The position numbers were made by a program, and so were the translations under genes. Under the pieces are notes generated by a model. The model was given only the letters and a program-made list of their open reading frames with translations. It had not been told where the DNA came from and ran no database searches. Below are positions 1 to 8,500 of a DNA stretch of 31,597 bases, piece after piece (the first letter of the stretch is position 1; every line of letters starts with the position of its first letter). This DNA comes from a virus (Duplodnaviria; Caudoviricetes), in the IMG/VR virus record IMGVR_UViG_3300016467_000600, positions 1-31,597 of that record, one strand, 5' to 3'.

Positions 1-45
1 TCTGAAGGCCTCGGCGAAAGCCGGGCCGGTGTCTGGGGTGAACAT
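1..45 (-). CDS. 5' fragment of the next gene (MFTPDTGPAFAEAFR...), runs off the window
   Basis: ATG at 43-45 lies 7 nt after the helicase stop and the frame is open to the window edge. The product cannot be determined. Confidence 0.45.
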   Translation of the reverse strand, partial: MFTPDTGPAFAEAFR

Positions 46-52
46 AAGTCGG

Positions 53-1708
53 TTATTTTTGTGCGGCCTTGATCACTCGCTCGATGCCCTTTTCGTTGAA
101 CTTCCAGGTCAGATCACAGCACGCACGGTACTTGGTTTTGGTGAACATGCTGGTCCTTGCAAGCCCCAACTGTGCAAGCTGTTTTTCGCTTGCCGGCTCA
201 CGCAACCAGCGCTTGTTTTTGCCGGCCAGGGAGGCATCCCCGTGCATGCGAAGAAAGTCGTCACAGGTGGCTATGGCCGTGACCTTGGACTCCTTGGCGG
301 ATATGCCAATCAGCTGGATCTGCTTGTCCAAGCCGCCGACGGAATACCACCGGTCGCCGTACAGGACCATGGCTACCCATGCGGACATGCCGTTGGCGAT
401 CAGCACCAGGCCGTCGAACATCTCGATCCAGCGATAGGGGGATATCTCCATGAGGTGCACCTCACGCATGGCAAAGTCCTCGATCAGTCCACGGGCGTTC
501 ACCGGAGTCTCCTTGTCTTCGTCCTCCTCGGCCTGGCAAGCCGGGCACGACGGGGATCTGGCCGGGTAGATGTGTCCGCACTTGAAGCATTGCACGTACT
601 CGATCTCCTTTTCCTCGACGTCGAGCTTCGGGACGGACGTTTCGATGGTGCCGTGCGAGAACAGCGAATAGCCGAAATCAAGGACGACGCAGTCATCCTT
701 GATGACGCCTGGATACCTGGTCTGATCTACCTTGCGCAAGCCACGCCCAATCATCTGGATCATCGTGGACTTGTAGGAGCACGGCCGCAGGAGCACGACG
801 CACGAGACGGTTTGGCAGTCCCAGCCCTCGGTCAGCACGGCCACGTTTATCATTACCTGGATCTTGCCGTTGTCGAAGTTCTTGAGCCTGGAGGACCGCT
901 GGTCGTCCGGCATCTCGCTGTGCACCAAACTTGCGTTGATGCCGGCCTTCACGAAGGCGGCGTGGACGTTGATCGCATGGTCTATCGTCGAACAGAAGAC
1001 GACGGTCTGGCGGTCGCCGGCGTTGGCCTTCCATTCCTCGATCACCCGGCGGGTGATGGCGTCCTTGTCCATGATGCTGGCGACCTCATCCATGTCGAAG
1101 TCTGCGATCGTGGCCTTCACCTTGGAGAGCTCATCTTTGATGTTGCAGTCGATGACGAAGCACCTGGGCTTCACCAGGTGCCCGGCGTCGATGAGCTCCG
1201 GCAGGGTGATCTGGTCCGCCGTGTTGGAAAATATCCGGCCAAGGGCCTTGCGGTCACCACGCTCCGGAGTGGCCGTCACGCCAAACACCTTGAGCTCCGG
1301 GTTGATCCGGCGTGCCGCCTCGATGATCTCCAGGTAGGAATCGGCGGCCACATGGTGGCACTCGTCGATCACCACCGTGTCGATCTTTGGGATCGTGGCC
1401 ATGTTCCGATCACGGCACAGGGTCTGCACCATGCCGAACGTCACGCCGTCCGACCATTCCTTGATGTCGGCCGTGTACTCGGAGGTCCTGGCGCCAGGAG
1501 CGTACGCCAGGTACGTCCGGCGGTTCTGATTGACGAGTTCGATGCGATGTTGGAGCACCAGGGACTTGCCCTTGAGGCCGTCAAGGACGGCGGACAGCAT
1601 CACGGTCTTCCCGGCCCCGGTTGGTGCCACGCCAAGCGTGTTGCCGTGCTTATTGATGGCGTTGATGCACCTCTTTACAAAGTCAGACTGTCTCGGTCTA
1701 AGTTGCAT
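53..1708 (-). CDS. Superfamily 2 (DEAD/DEAH-like, ResIII/IRC3-type) helicase with C-terminal Cys4 zinc finger
   Basis: Q-motif LRPRQ, Walker A APTGAGKT, DECHH, motif III TATP, LTEGWD, motif VI QMIGRGLR, and CFKC...CPAC. Confidence 0.93.
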   Translation of the reverse strand: MQLRPRQSDFVKRCINAINKHGNTLGVAPTGAGKTVMLSAVLDGLKGKSLVLQHRIELVNQNRRTYLAYAPGARTSEYTADIKEWSDGVTFGMVQTLCRDRNMATIPKIDTVVIDECHHVAADSYLEIIEAARRINPELKVFGVTATPERGDRKALGRIFSNTADQITLPELIDAGHLVKPRCFVIDCNIKDELSKVKATIADFDMDEVASIMDKDAITRRVIEEWKANAGDRQTVVFCSTIDHAINVHAAFVKAGINASLVHSEMPDDQRSSRLKNFDNGKIQVMINVAVLTEGWDCQTVSCVVLLRPCSYKSTMIQMIGRGLRKVDQTRYPGVIKDDCVVLDFGYSLFSHGTIETSVPKLDVEEKEIEYVQCFKCGHIYPARSPSCPACQAEEDEDKETPVNARGLIEDFAMREVHLMEISPYRWIEMFDGLVLIANGMSAWVAMVLYGDRWYSVGGLDKQIQLIGISAKESKVTAIATCDDFLRMHGDASLAGKNKRWLREPASEKQLAQLGLARTSMFTKTKYRACCDLTWKFNEKGIERVIKAAQK

Positions 1709-1802
1709 GAAAGAAGAAGGCGGGCGGCCTTTCCGGCTAAAGAGGGTGTCGGAATGGAACCGACGCCACCCGCCCCCTCACGCCCGCCTATCCTAAATTG
1801 GC

Positions 1803-1826
1803 GCCCACCCCGTCTCCAGGGTGGGC
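1803..1826. other. GC-rich hairpin just after the SSB-like gene
   Basis: GCCCACCC-N8-GGGTGGGC is a perfect 8-bp stem. A T-rich tail is present only on the plus-strand side. Confidence 0.5.
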
Positions 1827-1832
1827 TTTGTT

Positions 1833-2423
1833 TCAGCCGTTGCGCTTCAGCCAGCTCGGGGCCGAGCTCGGCTTAGGGGCCTGGGGAACCTGGGGCTTCG
1901 CCGGCTGGGCGACGCTGGGCTTGATCTGGGCCGAGCCGTTGAGCTGGTTCCAGAGGTTCTTGCTACCGGACGACTCGATCGGGGACAGGTACTGAGCCAC
2001 TTCGTTCTTGTCCTCAAAACCGTTCTCGCCCTTGGCGACCTTGATGCGGATCGCCACGACCTGGCCTTCGAGCTTGGCCAGGATGTCCTGGAAGCCCCAG
2101 CCTTCGTACTGACCGACGCTGGCCTCGCTGGTGTGATCCATGAAGCCGGCCGCCTCCATCATGTAGCACAGGCTACGTTCGCCCATCTCGGCGCCCTTGG
2201 CCTGGTCGCCCTGGTTGTCCTTCGGGTTCATCACGACGGTGAAGACGTGACGGCCGGTGAACGGACCCTCGACGATGGTGAAGTCGAGCTTGGCGTACTC
2301 GGCCCCGGTGCGCTTGCTGTTGCCGATCGCCTGGACCTTGAAGGAGGCCTTGGCGAGCGTGCCGTGGGGGATGATCGTGTTGCCCTGTTTCGGGTCGGGC
2401 TTACCGCTGTTGGTGGTGAACAT
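1833..2423 (-). CDS. Putative phage single-stranded DNA-binding protein (DUF669-like)
   Basis: Lies directly after a Sak4-like ATPase. It has the pattern IP.G...YAKLDFTIVEGPFTGRHVF...KNEV and a Pro/Ala-rich tail ending in PSW, as in this family. Confidence 0.65.
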   Translation of the reverse strand: MFTTNSGKPDPKQGNTIIPHGTLAKASFKVQAIGNSKRTGAEYAKLDFTIVEGPFTGRHVFTVVMNPKDNQGDQAKGAEMGERSLCYMMEAAGFMDHTSEASVGQYEGWGFQDILAKLEGQVVAIRIKVAKGENGFEDKNEVAQYLSPIESSGSKNLWNQLNGSAQIKPSVAQPAKPQVPQAPKPSSAPSWLKRNG

Positions 2424-2449
2424 GTTGTTCGTGTGGTTTTGGGTTTGGG

Positions 2450-3304
2450 TTACTGCTTGCTGGGCAGAGTGGTGGTGATGGACGTGTCGATCCGCTTTCC
2501 TTCACGGATCTTCTTGAGGATGGCACCCAGGTCCGGAGCCTCCAGGAGCTCCAGGCGACCGGAGCGGTCCTTGGCCGGGTAGCCCCAGGGGTTCTGCTGT
2601 TGGCAGACCAGGGCACGGTACATCTCGCCCTCGTCGGTCTTGAAGCTTTGAAGCGTCATGACCTGGTCAAAAATGCCGGGGATCTCACGGCCGGTCTTGG
2701 AGCCTTCCAGCTGAGGGTTCCAGGTGACACGGTTGAGGTCGTCCTTCTCGGAGTCCAGGATGCCGACCATGATGACCGACTTGTGGCTGTGCTGGAGGTG
2801 AGTCACCCAGCGGATCATCTCACGGCCAAGGAGGCCGTAGGCGGCACGGGTATCGGGCTTGCCGGTCTTCTCGGACATGCCCTCCGGCTGGACCTGGGCC
2901 CATTTGAAGCACTCACGGGAGGCCACGGTGATCGAGTCCACGAAGATCGTCTCGTACTTCTTGAGGTCGATCGACGAGAACATCTGCTCGACGTCGGCGT
3001 ACACGCCGGCCGAGTAGTTGCCGTTGGCATCGGAGGGATCCGGTCCGCCGATGTACAGGGCCAGGGCACGGGCGATCTCCCAGGGGTGGGCGCCGGTGGC
3101 CAAGGAGGCCGCACGGACGTCCAGGACGTCGCCGGCCCAATCCTGGATGGCGAGGGTGCCGGCCTCCAGGTCCACGAAGAGGGTCTTCTTCGGGTCCAGG
3201 GTCCGGGCGAGGGTCGTCTTGCCGACCCCGCTGGGGCCGAAGAGAACGACGTTGACTTTGGGGATGAGCTTGAGGCGCTCATCAGCCTTGATGATTTTGA
3301 TCAT
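2450..3304 (-). CDS. AAA_24 / Sak4-like phage ATPase (single-strand annealing/recombination)
   Basis: Walker A GPSGVGKT, DLEAG, Walker B IFVDSIT and C-terminal AKDRSG, in a typical context with SSB and helicase. Confidence 0.85.
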   Translation of the reverse strand: MIKIIKADERLKLIPKVNVVLFGPSGVGKTTLARTLDPKKTLFVDLEAGTLAIQDWAGDVLDVRAASLATGAHPWEIARALALYIGGPDPSDANGNYSAGVYADVEQMFSSIDLKKYETIFVDSITVASRECFKWAQVQPEGMSEKTGKPDTRAAYGLLGREMIRWVTHLQHSHKSVIMVGILDSEKDDLNRVTWNPQLEGSKTGREIPGIFDQVMTLQSFKTDEGEMYRALVCQQQNPWGYPAKDRSGRLELLEAPDLGAILKKIREGKRIDTSITTTLPSKQ

Positions 3305-3323
3305 GTCGGTTTTGGGAAAATGG

Positions 3324-3359
3324 AGGCCAGCCGGGGGGTTAAGCCCGGTGGCCTTTTTT
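3324..3359. terminator. Intergenic stem-loop, possibly a bidirectional intrinsic terminator
   Basis: AGGCCA(G)CCGGG...CCCGGTGGCCT stem, followed by TTTTT on the plus strand and CCATTTT on the minus strand. Confidence 0.5.
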
Positions 3360-3369
3360 GGGGTTCGCC

Positions 3370-3789
3370 TTATTTGGCGAAAACGATCTTGGGTTGGCCG
3401 TACTCGACGGTGCGGGCGGTGGTCAGATCAGCGATCAGCTCCGGGCTGGTGAGAGCCTTGAAGGTCCGCTCCGGGACGGAGAACTCGATCTTGAACACCT
3501 TGTCCACGGTCTCATAGGGAAGGTTCTCGCAGATCTGCTTGAGCTTCTGGGAGTCCCATTTGACCTTGGCCTTGATGGCAAAAGTCATCTTGATGCCGTC
3601 CACCTCACGGGTCATCTCGCCGTCCTGCTTGCCGGCCTTGGCGAGCTCTTCGGTGAATGCCTTGGAGTGGCGCTCCAGGAGGATCTGTCCGATCTCCTCG
3701 AGGCTTCGCTTGGAGGCCTCGATCACTTCGTCGAGATCAGTAGCGATTTTCCGGAGTTCGGCCGTCGTCTTGTTGGTCATGTAGCTCAT
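3370..3789 (-). CDS. Hypothetical phage protein (N-terminal coiled coil) preceding the AAA ATPase
   Basis: Strong coding-like codon use. It has a helical N-terminus followed by KVKWDSQKL and FSVPERTF, and occupies a position typical for a recombination-module accessory gene. Confidence 0.75.
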   Translation of the reverse strand: MSYMTNKTTAELRKIATDLDEVIEASKRSLEEIGQILLERHSKAFTEELAKAGKQDGEMTREVDGIKMTFAIKAKVKWDSQKLKQICENLPYETVDKVFKIEFSVPERTFKALTSPELIADLTTARTVEYGQPKIVFAK

Positions 3790-4003
3790 TGTCGGTTTTG
3801 ATGTATTCGTGTAGGTTGAGATTCCGGCCTTCTTTGTTGGCGAGCCTCATCAGAACGATCAGTCGTTTGGTGGGGATGGAGTCACGCTCCATCCATTTTT
3901 CGATCGTCTTGACGGAGATCGGGTGTCCGATGGCCGAGAGCCGACGGTACAGTTCCATCCGCCCGCCGAAGCGTTTCACGATGGTCTTGGCGTCGATGCC
4001 CAT
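3737..4003 (-). CDS. Cro/CI-like helix-turn-helix regulator
   Basis: IVKRFGG..ELYRRL......SVKTIEKW.ERDSIP matches the small Cro-like pattern. It is the first gene of the replication block and follows a TTGACG promoter-like site. Confidence 0.7.
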   Translation of the reverse strand: MGIDAKTIVKRFGGRMELYRRLSAIGHPISVKTIEKWMERDSIPTKRLIVLMRLANKEGRNLNLHEYIKTDNELHDQQDDGRTPENRY

Positions 4004-4009
4004 GGAGAA

Positions 4010-4038
4010 GGTATGTACCGCACCCCCTGGGCCGTCAA
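4010..4038 (-). promoter_or_regulatory. Candidate sigma70-type promoter for the Cro-like/replication block
   Basis: TTGACG at 4038-4033 followed by TGCGGTACATACC. The -10 match is imperfect. Confidence 0.35.
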
Positions 4039-4047
4039 CTACAAAAG

Positions 4048-4374
4048 TTAGGACTTTTTAAACACCCTCCAGCACAGGGCGCCCAAAACCAGGGTGGACC
4101 CTATTGTCGTAGCCGTGGCGATATCCCTGGTCCGAATCATGGCCACGGTAGCCTGGCTGAGCTGTTTTTCGGTGTTTTTGTCGTCAAATACCACACCGGA
4201 ATCCGTGATGATCCCAGCCATGGCATGCGAATTCTGGAAAGTGTCCAGGGTCAACCCCAGCAGGTATGCGGTAAGCCCGGCGCAGATGATCGATACCACC
4301 ACGGTGATACCGATCACCATGTGCAACGTCTCATCGTTTCCGCTTTTGCTTGGTTTGGTTTTCGAGCTTTTCAC
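4048..4374 (-). CDS. Small membrane protein with two hydrophobic segments (lysis cassette-associated?)
   Basis: Hydrophobic stretches VIGITVVVSIICAGLTAYLLGL and TIGSTLVLGALCW. The start codon is uncertain. Confidence 0.6.
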   Translation of the reverse strand: MKSSKTKPSKSGNDETLHMVIGITVVVSIICAGLTAYLLGLTLDTFQNSHAMAGIITDSGVVFDDKNTEKQLSQATVAMIRTRDIATATTIGSTLVLGALCWRVFKKS

Positions 4375-4669
4375 GGACGATCTTTAGGGTGAAGTCGCAA
4401 ACCTCCGGTGCGGCATACGACAAGGCCGCAACGCAACAGAACTGAAGTTTCACGGAGCTCACGTATTCTGCCACGAACATCGACGAGAAGAAACCTACGA
4501 TGCACGCCACGCCCATTCGCCTGGCCACGTAGCCAAGCGACTGCTTTTCCGTACTCATCAAGATGCGTGCGGTCATAGCCCCGGCTCCAAGGGCGGCCGA
4601 TTTGGCTCCGTCGGCCAGGAGCTTATTCAGCTCTTCCGGGTCCGGTGGGTTGGGAATTGGAGGGCTCAT
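4331..4669 (-). CDS. Putative holin
   Basis: 112 aa with 2-3 hydrophobic helices and a strongly basic C-terminus (KQKRKR), located after the virion genes. Confidence 0.6.
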   Translation of the reverse strand: MSPPIPNPPDPEELNKLLADGAKSAALGAGAMTARILMSTEKQSLGYVARRMGVACIVGFFSSMFVAEYVSSVKLQFCCVAALSYAAPEVCDFTLKIVREKLENQTKQKRKR

Positions 4670-5351
4670 TTTTGTTTACGCTATCACGCACTTTATCGAA
4701 CACCCACCACACTCCGAGGCCAGCACAACAGAACAACGTAACGCCGGCTATCCACAGAAACATGGGGCTATCCACGATGAATGGGATGGATCCGCAGAAG
4801 GCGCCGGCCAGGAGCAATGGAGCCCCCACCTTCCAGCTGGCGATCGCCATCGCCAGTCCTCCGATCACAACCAGGCCGGCACCCGTAATGGTCCAAATGT
4901 CTTTTTTGGCGTCGTCGACCTGGGCCTTGAGCGCCTTGATCTGATCGTCCTTTTCACGCAGTACACGCTTGTTTTCACGGACCTGTCCTTCTAGCTCCGA
5001 CCAGGCCTTGTCGAGCTCGGCGGCCTTTGCCTGGGCCTTCTTCCGTTGCTCCTCGTATTCTGCGTTCGTGGCTTTTTCGGCCCTGGCCCTGGCCACCGTG
5101 ACCGATTCCGCCGGAGGCTTCGGAAGGTTGGCGGCCGCCACGGACAGTTCCGACTCGACCTTATCCGGTTTGCCGTCCTTGTTCATCTCACGGGCGACCT
5201 GGATGCTTGCCGCCACGGCGGCGTCGATCTGATCAAGTCCGTTGCCGACGGCATCCAGGGACACGCCCTTTGGCTGAGGCGATGGTTGCGGCAGCTGGTT
5301 GCATGTGCAACCGGCCATCACGGCGACCAGGATCAGCAGGGCATACCGCAT
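4623..5351 (-). CDS. Lipoprotein with coiled coil and C-terminal transmembrane segments (spanin-like)
   Basis: Signal peptide and lipobox MRYALLILVAVMAG-C, a long helical/coiled-coil middle and a hydrophobic C-terminal region. The ATG at 5351 overlaps the upstream TGA. Confidence 0.65.
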   Translation of the reverse strand: MRYALLILVAVMAGCTCNQLPQPSPQPKGVSLDAVGNGLDQIDAAVAASIQVAREMNKDGKPDKVESELSVAAANLPKPPAESVTVARARAEKATNAEYEEQRKKAQAKAAELDKAWSELEGQVRENKRVLREKDDQIKALKAQVDDAKKDIWTITGAGLVVIGGLAMAIASWKVGAPLLLAGAFCGSIPFIVDSPMFLWIAGVTLFCCAGLGVWWVFDKVRDSVNKNEPSNSQPTGPGRAE

Positions 5352-5476
5352 CACTTTAGGATCTCACGGATGTCGAGCTCGGCCTTCTCCAGCTTCGCCT
5401 TGTTCTTGCGGAAGAACAAAGCTCCGGCGGCGAAACCAAGGACGGCGAAAACAATGGCGGTGATGATGTAGGACAT
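5351..5476 (-). CDS. 41-aa single-pass membrane protein (not in the ORF track): MSYIITAIVFAVLGFAAGALFFRKNKAKLEKAELDIREILK
   Basis: Translated by hand. It fills the gap between the giant gene and the lipoprotein, its stop overlaps the next ATG (TGATG), and it has an N-terminal TM helix followed by a basic patch. Confidence 0.75.
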   Translation of the reverse strand: MSYIITAIVFAVLGFAAGALFFRKNKAKLEKAELDIREILK

Positions 5477-5482
5477 GGATGT

Positions 5483-5510
5483 ATGTTCGTATGGAGGTGG
5501 TGCCGGTCAA
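5483..5510 (-). promoter_or_regulatory. Candidate promoter TTGACC-N17-AACAT, 6 nt upstream of ATG
   Basis: Same spacing as the element upstream of the scaffold gene (27047-27074). Confidence 0.4.
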
Positions 5511-8500
5511 TCACTTACCTTTGTGTTTCGGTTTCGTGATCGCCTCATTTTTGTCGGGCTCCGTCATGGCGTTTGACCACGTCGTGCTATTGGCAATCTG
5601 CGATGCAATCGCACCGGCCACAGGATGGAAGGCCGTGGCCCCGATCACGGCGGCGGCCTTGATGGGCTGTACGGACGCCTTGGCCGCCTGGCGCTTGGCG
5701 TTGTCCTGCGGCTTGCCCTCCATGGCGTTCGAGATGGCCGTCTTGGCGGCACGTGCGTAGCCGATCGCCGCCTGGCCAAGGGGGCCGCCGGGAGGCTGGT
5801 CACGCATCACGTACTTCGTGGCCATCTCGATCTTCGGGCCGAAGATGCCGGCGAACGACGAGGCGTTGAGCCACTTGGTCCATTCCGGATCGTTCTCGTG
5901 CTGTTTGCTGTATTGGGTCGGGTAGAGCTTGTCCTTCAGCTCGAACATCGCACGGAATGCGATCACGCCGAGCGGGGCCATCATCAACGGTGCGAGGAAC
6001 CGGATGCGGTCGCCGACGGTATACGACTTCCCGGCAGGAGCCGACTTGAGGGAGGACTTTGCGTAGTCGTACGCACGTGAGTTGATCTCTGCGGCGTAGG
6101 CATACGAGTAGCTCATGAGCTGGAAGAGCGTCTTACCGATGGGGCCATCCTGGAACACGGGCTTGTGGGCACGGTTGGCACGCACGGACGACTGCATCGA
6201 GAACTTGGTCATGGCGGTCTCGAAGAGCTTGGACATGCGTCCGCCGTTGAGCATGGTCCGCATGCGGGCGGCGTCATCCATGCCCTCAAGGCGCAACATC
6301 CACTTTGCGAAATCGGAGTGATCTGCGTCGTCGATGCCGAGCTCACGGAGGTTGGACTTGACCGACTCGGAAACGTCCAGCCTGTTCATGAAACTGCGAC
6401 CCTGTTGCATCTCGGCCAGGTTGACCAGGTACTTGAACCCGATGGCGTGCGAGGCCTGTAGCTTGGCGTTTTCCGTGAGTTGCAGGAGGTTCGACTGGTA
6501 CACCTTGCTGGTGAGCCAATTGATCCGGGGATCCGACCGGTCTCCGTCGACCTCGATCGAATGGCTGTTCATCCAGGCGTCGTTGATGTCGGCGCTCATC
6601 GTGCCGATGTGCTCTGCGTACTTCTCCCAGAACGTCTTGTCGATGCGTTCGCCGCTGACGATGCGGGCGCCGTTGCGGATCGTCCGTCCCCAGGTCTCGG
6701 CGTACGCCTGGAGGGCCAGGTTGAGGTTGCCGGCCCGCATGCCCATGGAGCCTGGCTCGAACATGTTGTTGAGGAACGAACGGCCCATCACGGAGCCGGC
6801 CGTGTACAGGCCCATTAGGTCGATGAAGGTCTGCTCGCCACGGCTGTTCGGCGTACGGCCGATGCCCACGGACGCCTTCAGAAGGTCACGCATTTCGTCG
6901 ATCTTCTCGTACGAGACGCCCTGCTTCTCCATGTCTCCGGCCATCTTGCGCCACTTCTGGCCTTCGTCGCCGAGGCGACGGACGATCTCGGCGCTCTTCG
7001 TGGCACCGGAGATGTACCTGGAGATGATCCGGTACGGATCCTTGACCTGCCACTTGGACATGATCTGCTGGGCTTCCGGGCCAAAGGTTCGGCTCTTGGA
7101 CGAGTTCTCGCCCATGCTGGGTCCGCCTTCCTCGAAGAAGCTGTTGAACATCCCGGCGCTTTCGCCACGGACGTGCGACATGGTGAGCTCTCGGGCGGCC
7201 TTTTCGGCGGCGTCGTCCAGCTCCTGCCCTTGGAACTCGTTGGCAAGCTCCAGGAGATAGGCCTGTTTGGCGTCGTCCTTGAAGGCCACGGCGTTGTCGG
7301 CGATCCGGATGGAATCGTAGACGGCCGGGAAGTAATCGGCGACGTCGCCAAGCTTCTCGCCGGCGGCCACACGGTAGTCATGGATGTCACGCAGGAGGGA
7401 CTTCAGCCCATTGGCGGCACGACCGGCAGACGTGGACATGTCGATCGGCATGTTGCCGGTCACCATGTCCGCAAACTCACGATAGGACGTCTCACGTGCG
7501 TCACGGCTCATTGCGGCGAACTCGCCACGAAGGGGCTCCATGATGTCGAAGAACCGGTTCATGAGTGCGGTGCGCTCCTTCATGATGGCCGTCGGGAGAT
7601 CCAGGCCGGTGACGCCGGCTTCGGCGCCGGCACGGGCATGGATCATGTTGGCCACGGCCTTGGCGGCCCGGCTCATCGGGAAGTCGTCGGCGATCTGGTG
7701 CGCCTTCGTGCTGATTCCCGTGAAGAAGCGTGCGGTGACGATGTCCTTGGCCAACTCCATGTTGGTCCTACCCGGGGCGACCTTGGGCACACGGAACGGA
7801 GGCTCGCTGACCTCGTCGCCCTCGGACAGCTTTGCGGCGATCGCCTTTAGGCGGGCCTGGCCGTCCTTGCCTTCGCCGATCGGACGGGTGGCGACGTCAC
7901 GCATGGTTTCTGCGTCACCTTCGGACATCTTCACAGGACCGAAGTCCTTGCGGGAGATCCCCATCTCGGCCTTGTCTTTTTTCATGCCGAACCCGTACAC
8001 GTCATACATGTCCGGGGTGTGGATCTGCTTCTCCGTGATGCCTTCGCCCTCGTACTCGACCAGGTCGTAGCCCTGCTTGGCCGCTTCCTGTTTGAGCTTG
8101 GTAAGGAAGTCCGGCGGGAACTCGCCACGACGCATCTCGTGCGAGTCTTCGAGCCACGACTTACCCTCGATATTGCGACCAAGGGAAATCCGGCCACGAC
8201 GCTCAACCGTGCCGTCCTTAGTTACGATCGCCGGCTCGATGCGACCAAGGTACGAGTACTTCGACGGAATCACGCCGAAATCGGAATTGAAACCGCTTTT
8301 GCCGGAAACGATCAGTCGCTGTCCGCTGGGAATACCAAGCCACCCGGCATGACTGCTACGGTTCATGTCGGTGTCATGAATGAAGACGCCCTTGGAAGCG
8401 TCGTATGCGAACAAGCCGTTCTCGAAATTGATATTCATCTGAAGCTGGCCGGCGTCTTCCAGATCTCTGATCAACTTTTCCGGCGGCTTGCCGATGTCCT

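Noticed and set aside
29-1876. 615-aa plus-strand ORF, and similar long plus-strand ORFs (2600-3517, 10647-11867, 24887-25876, 28233-29225)
   Set aside because: They are antisense shadows of well-supported minus-strand genes. High GC3 codon bias suppresses stops on the opposite strand, and the translations have no motifs.
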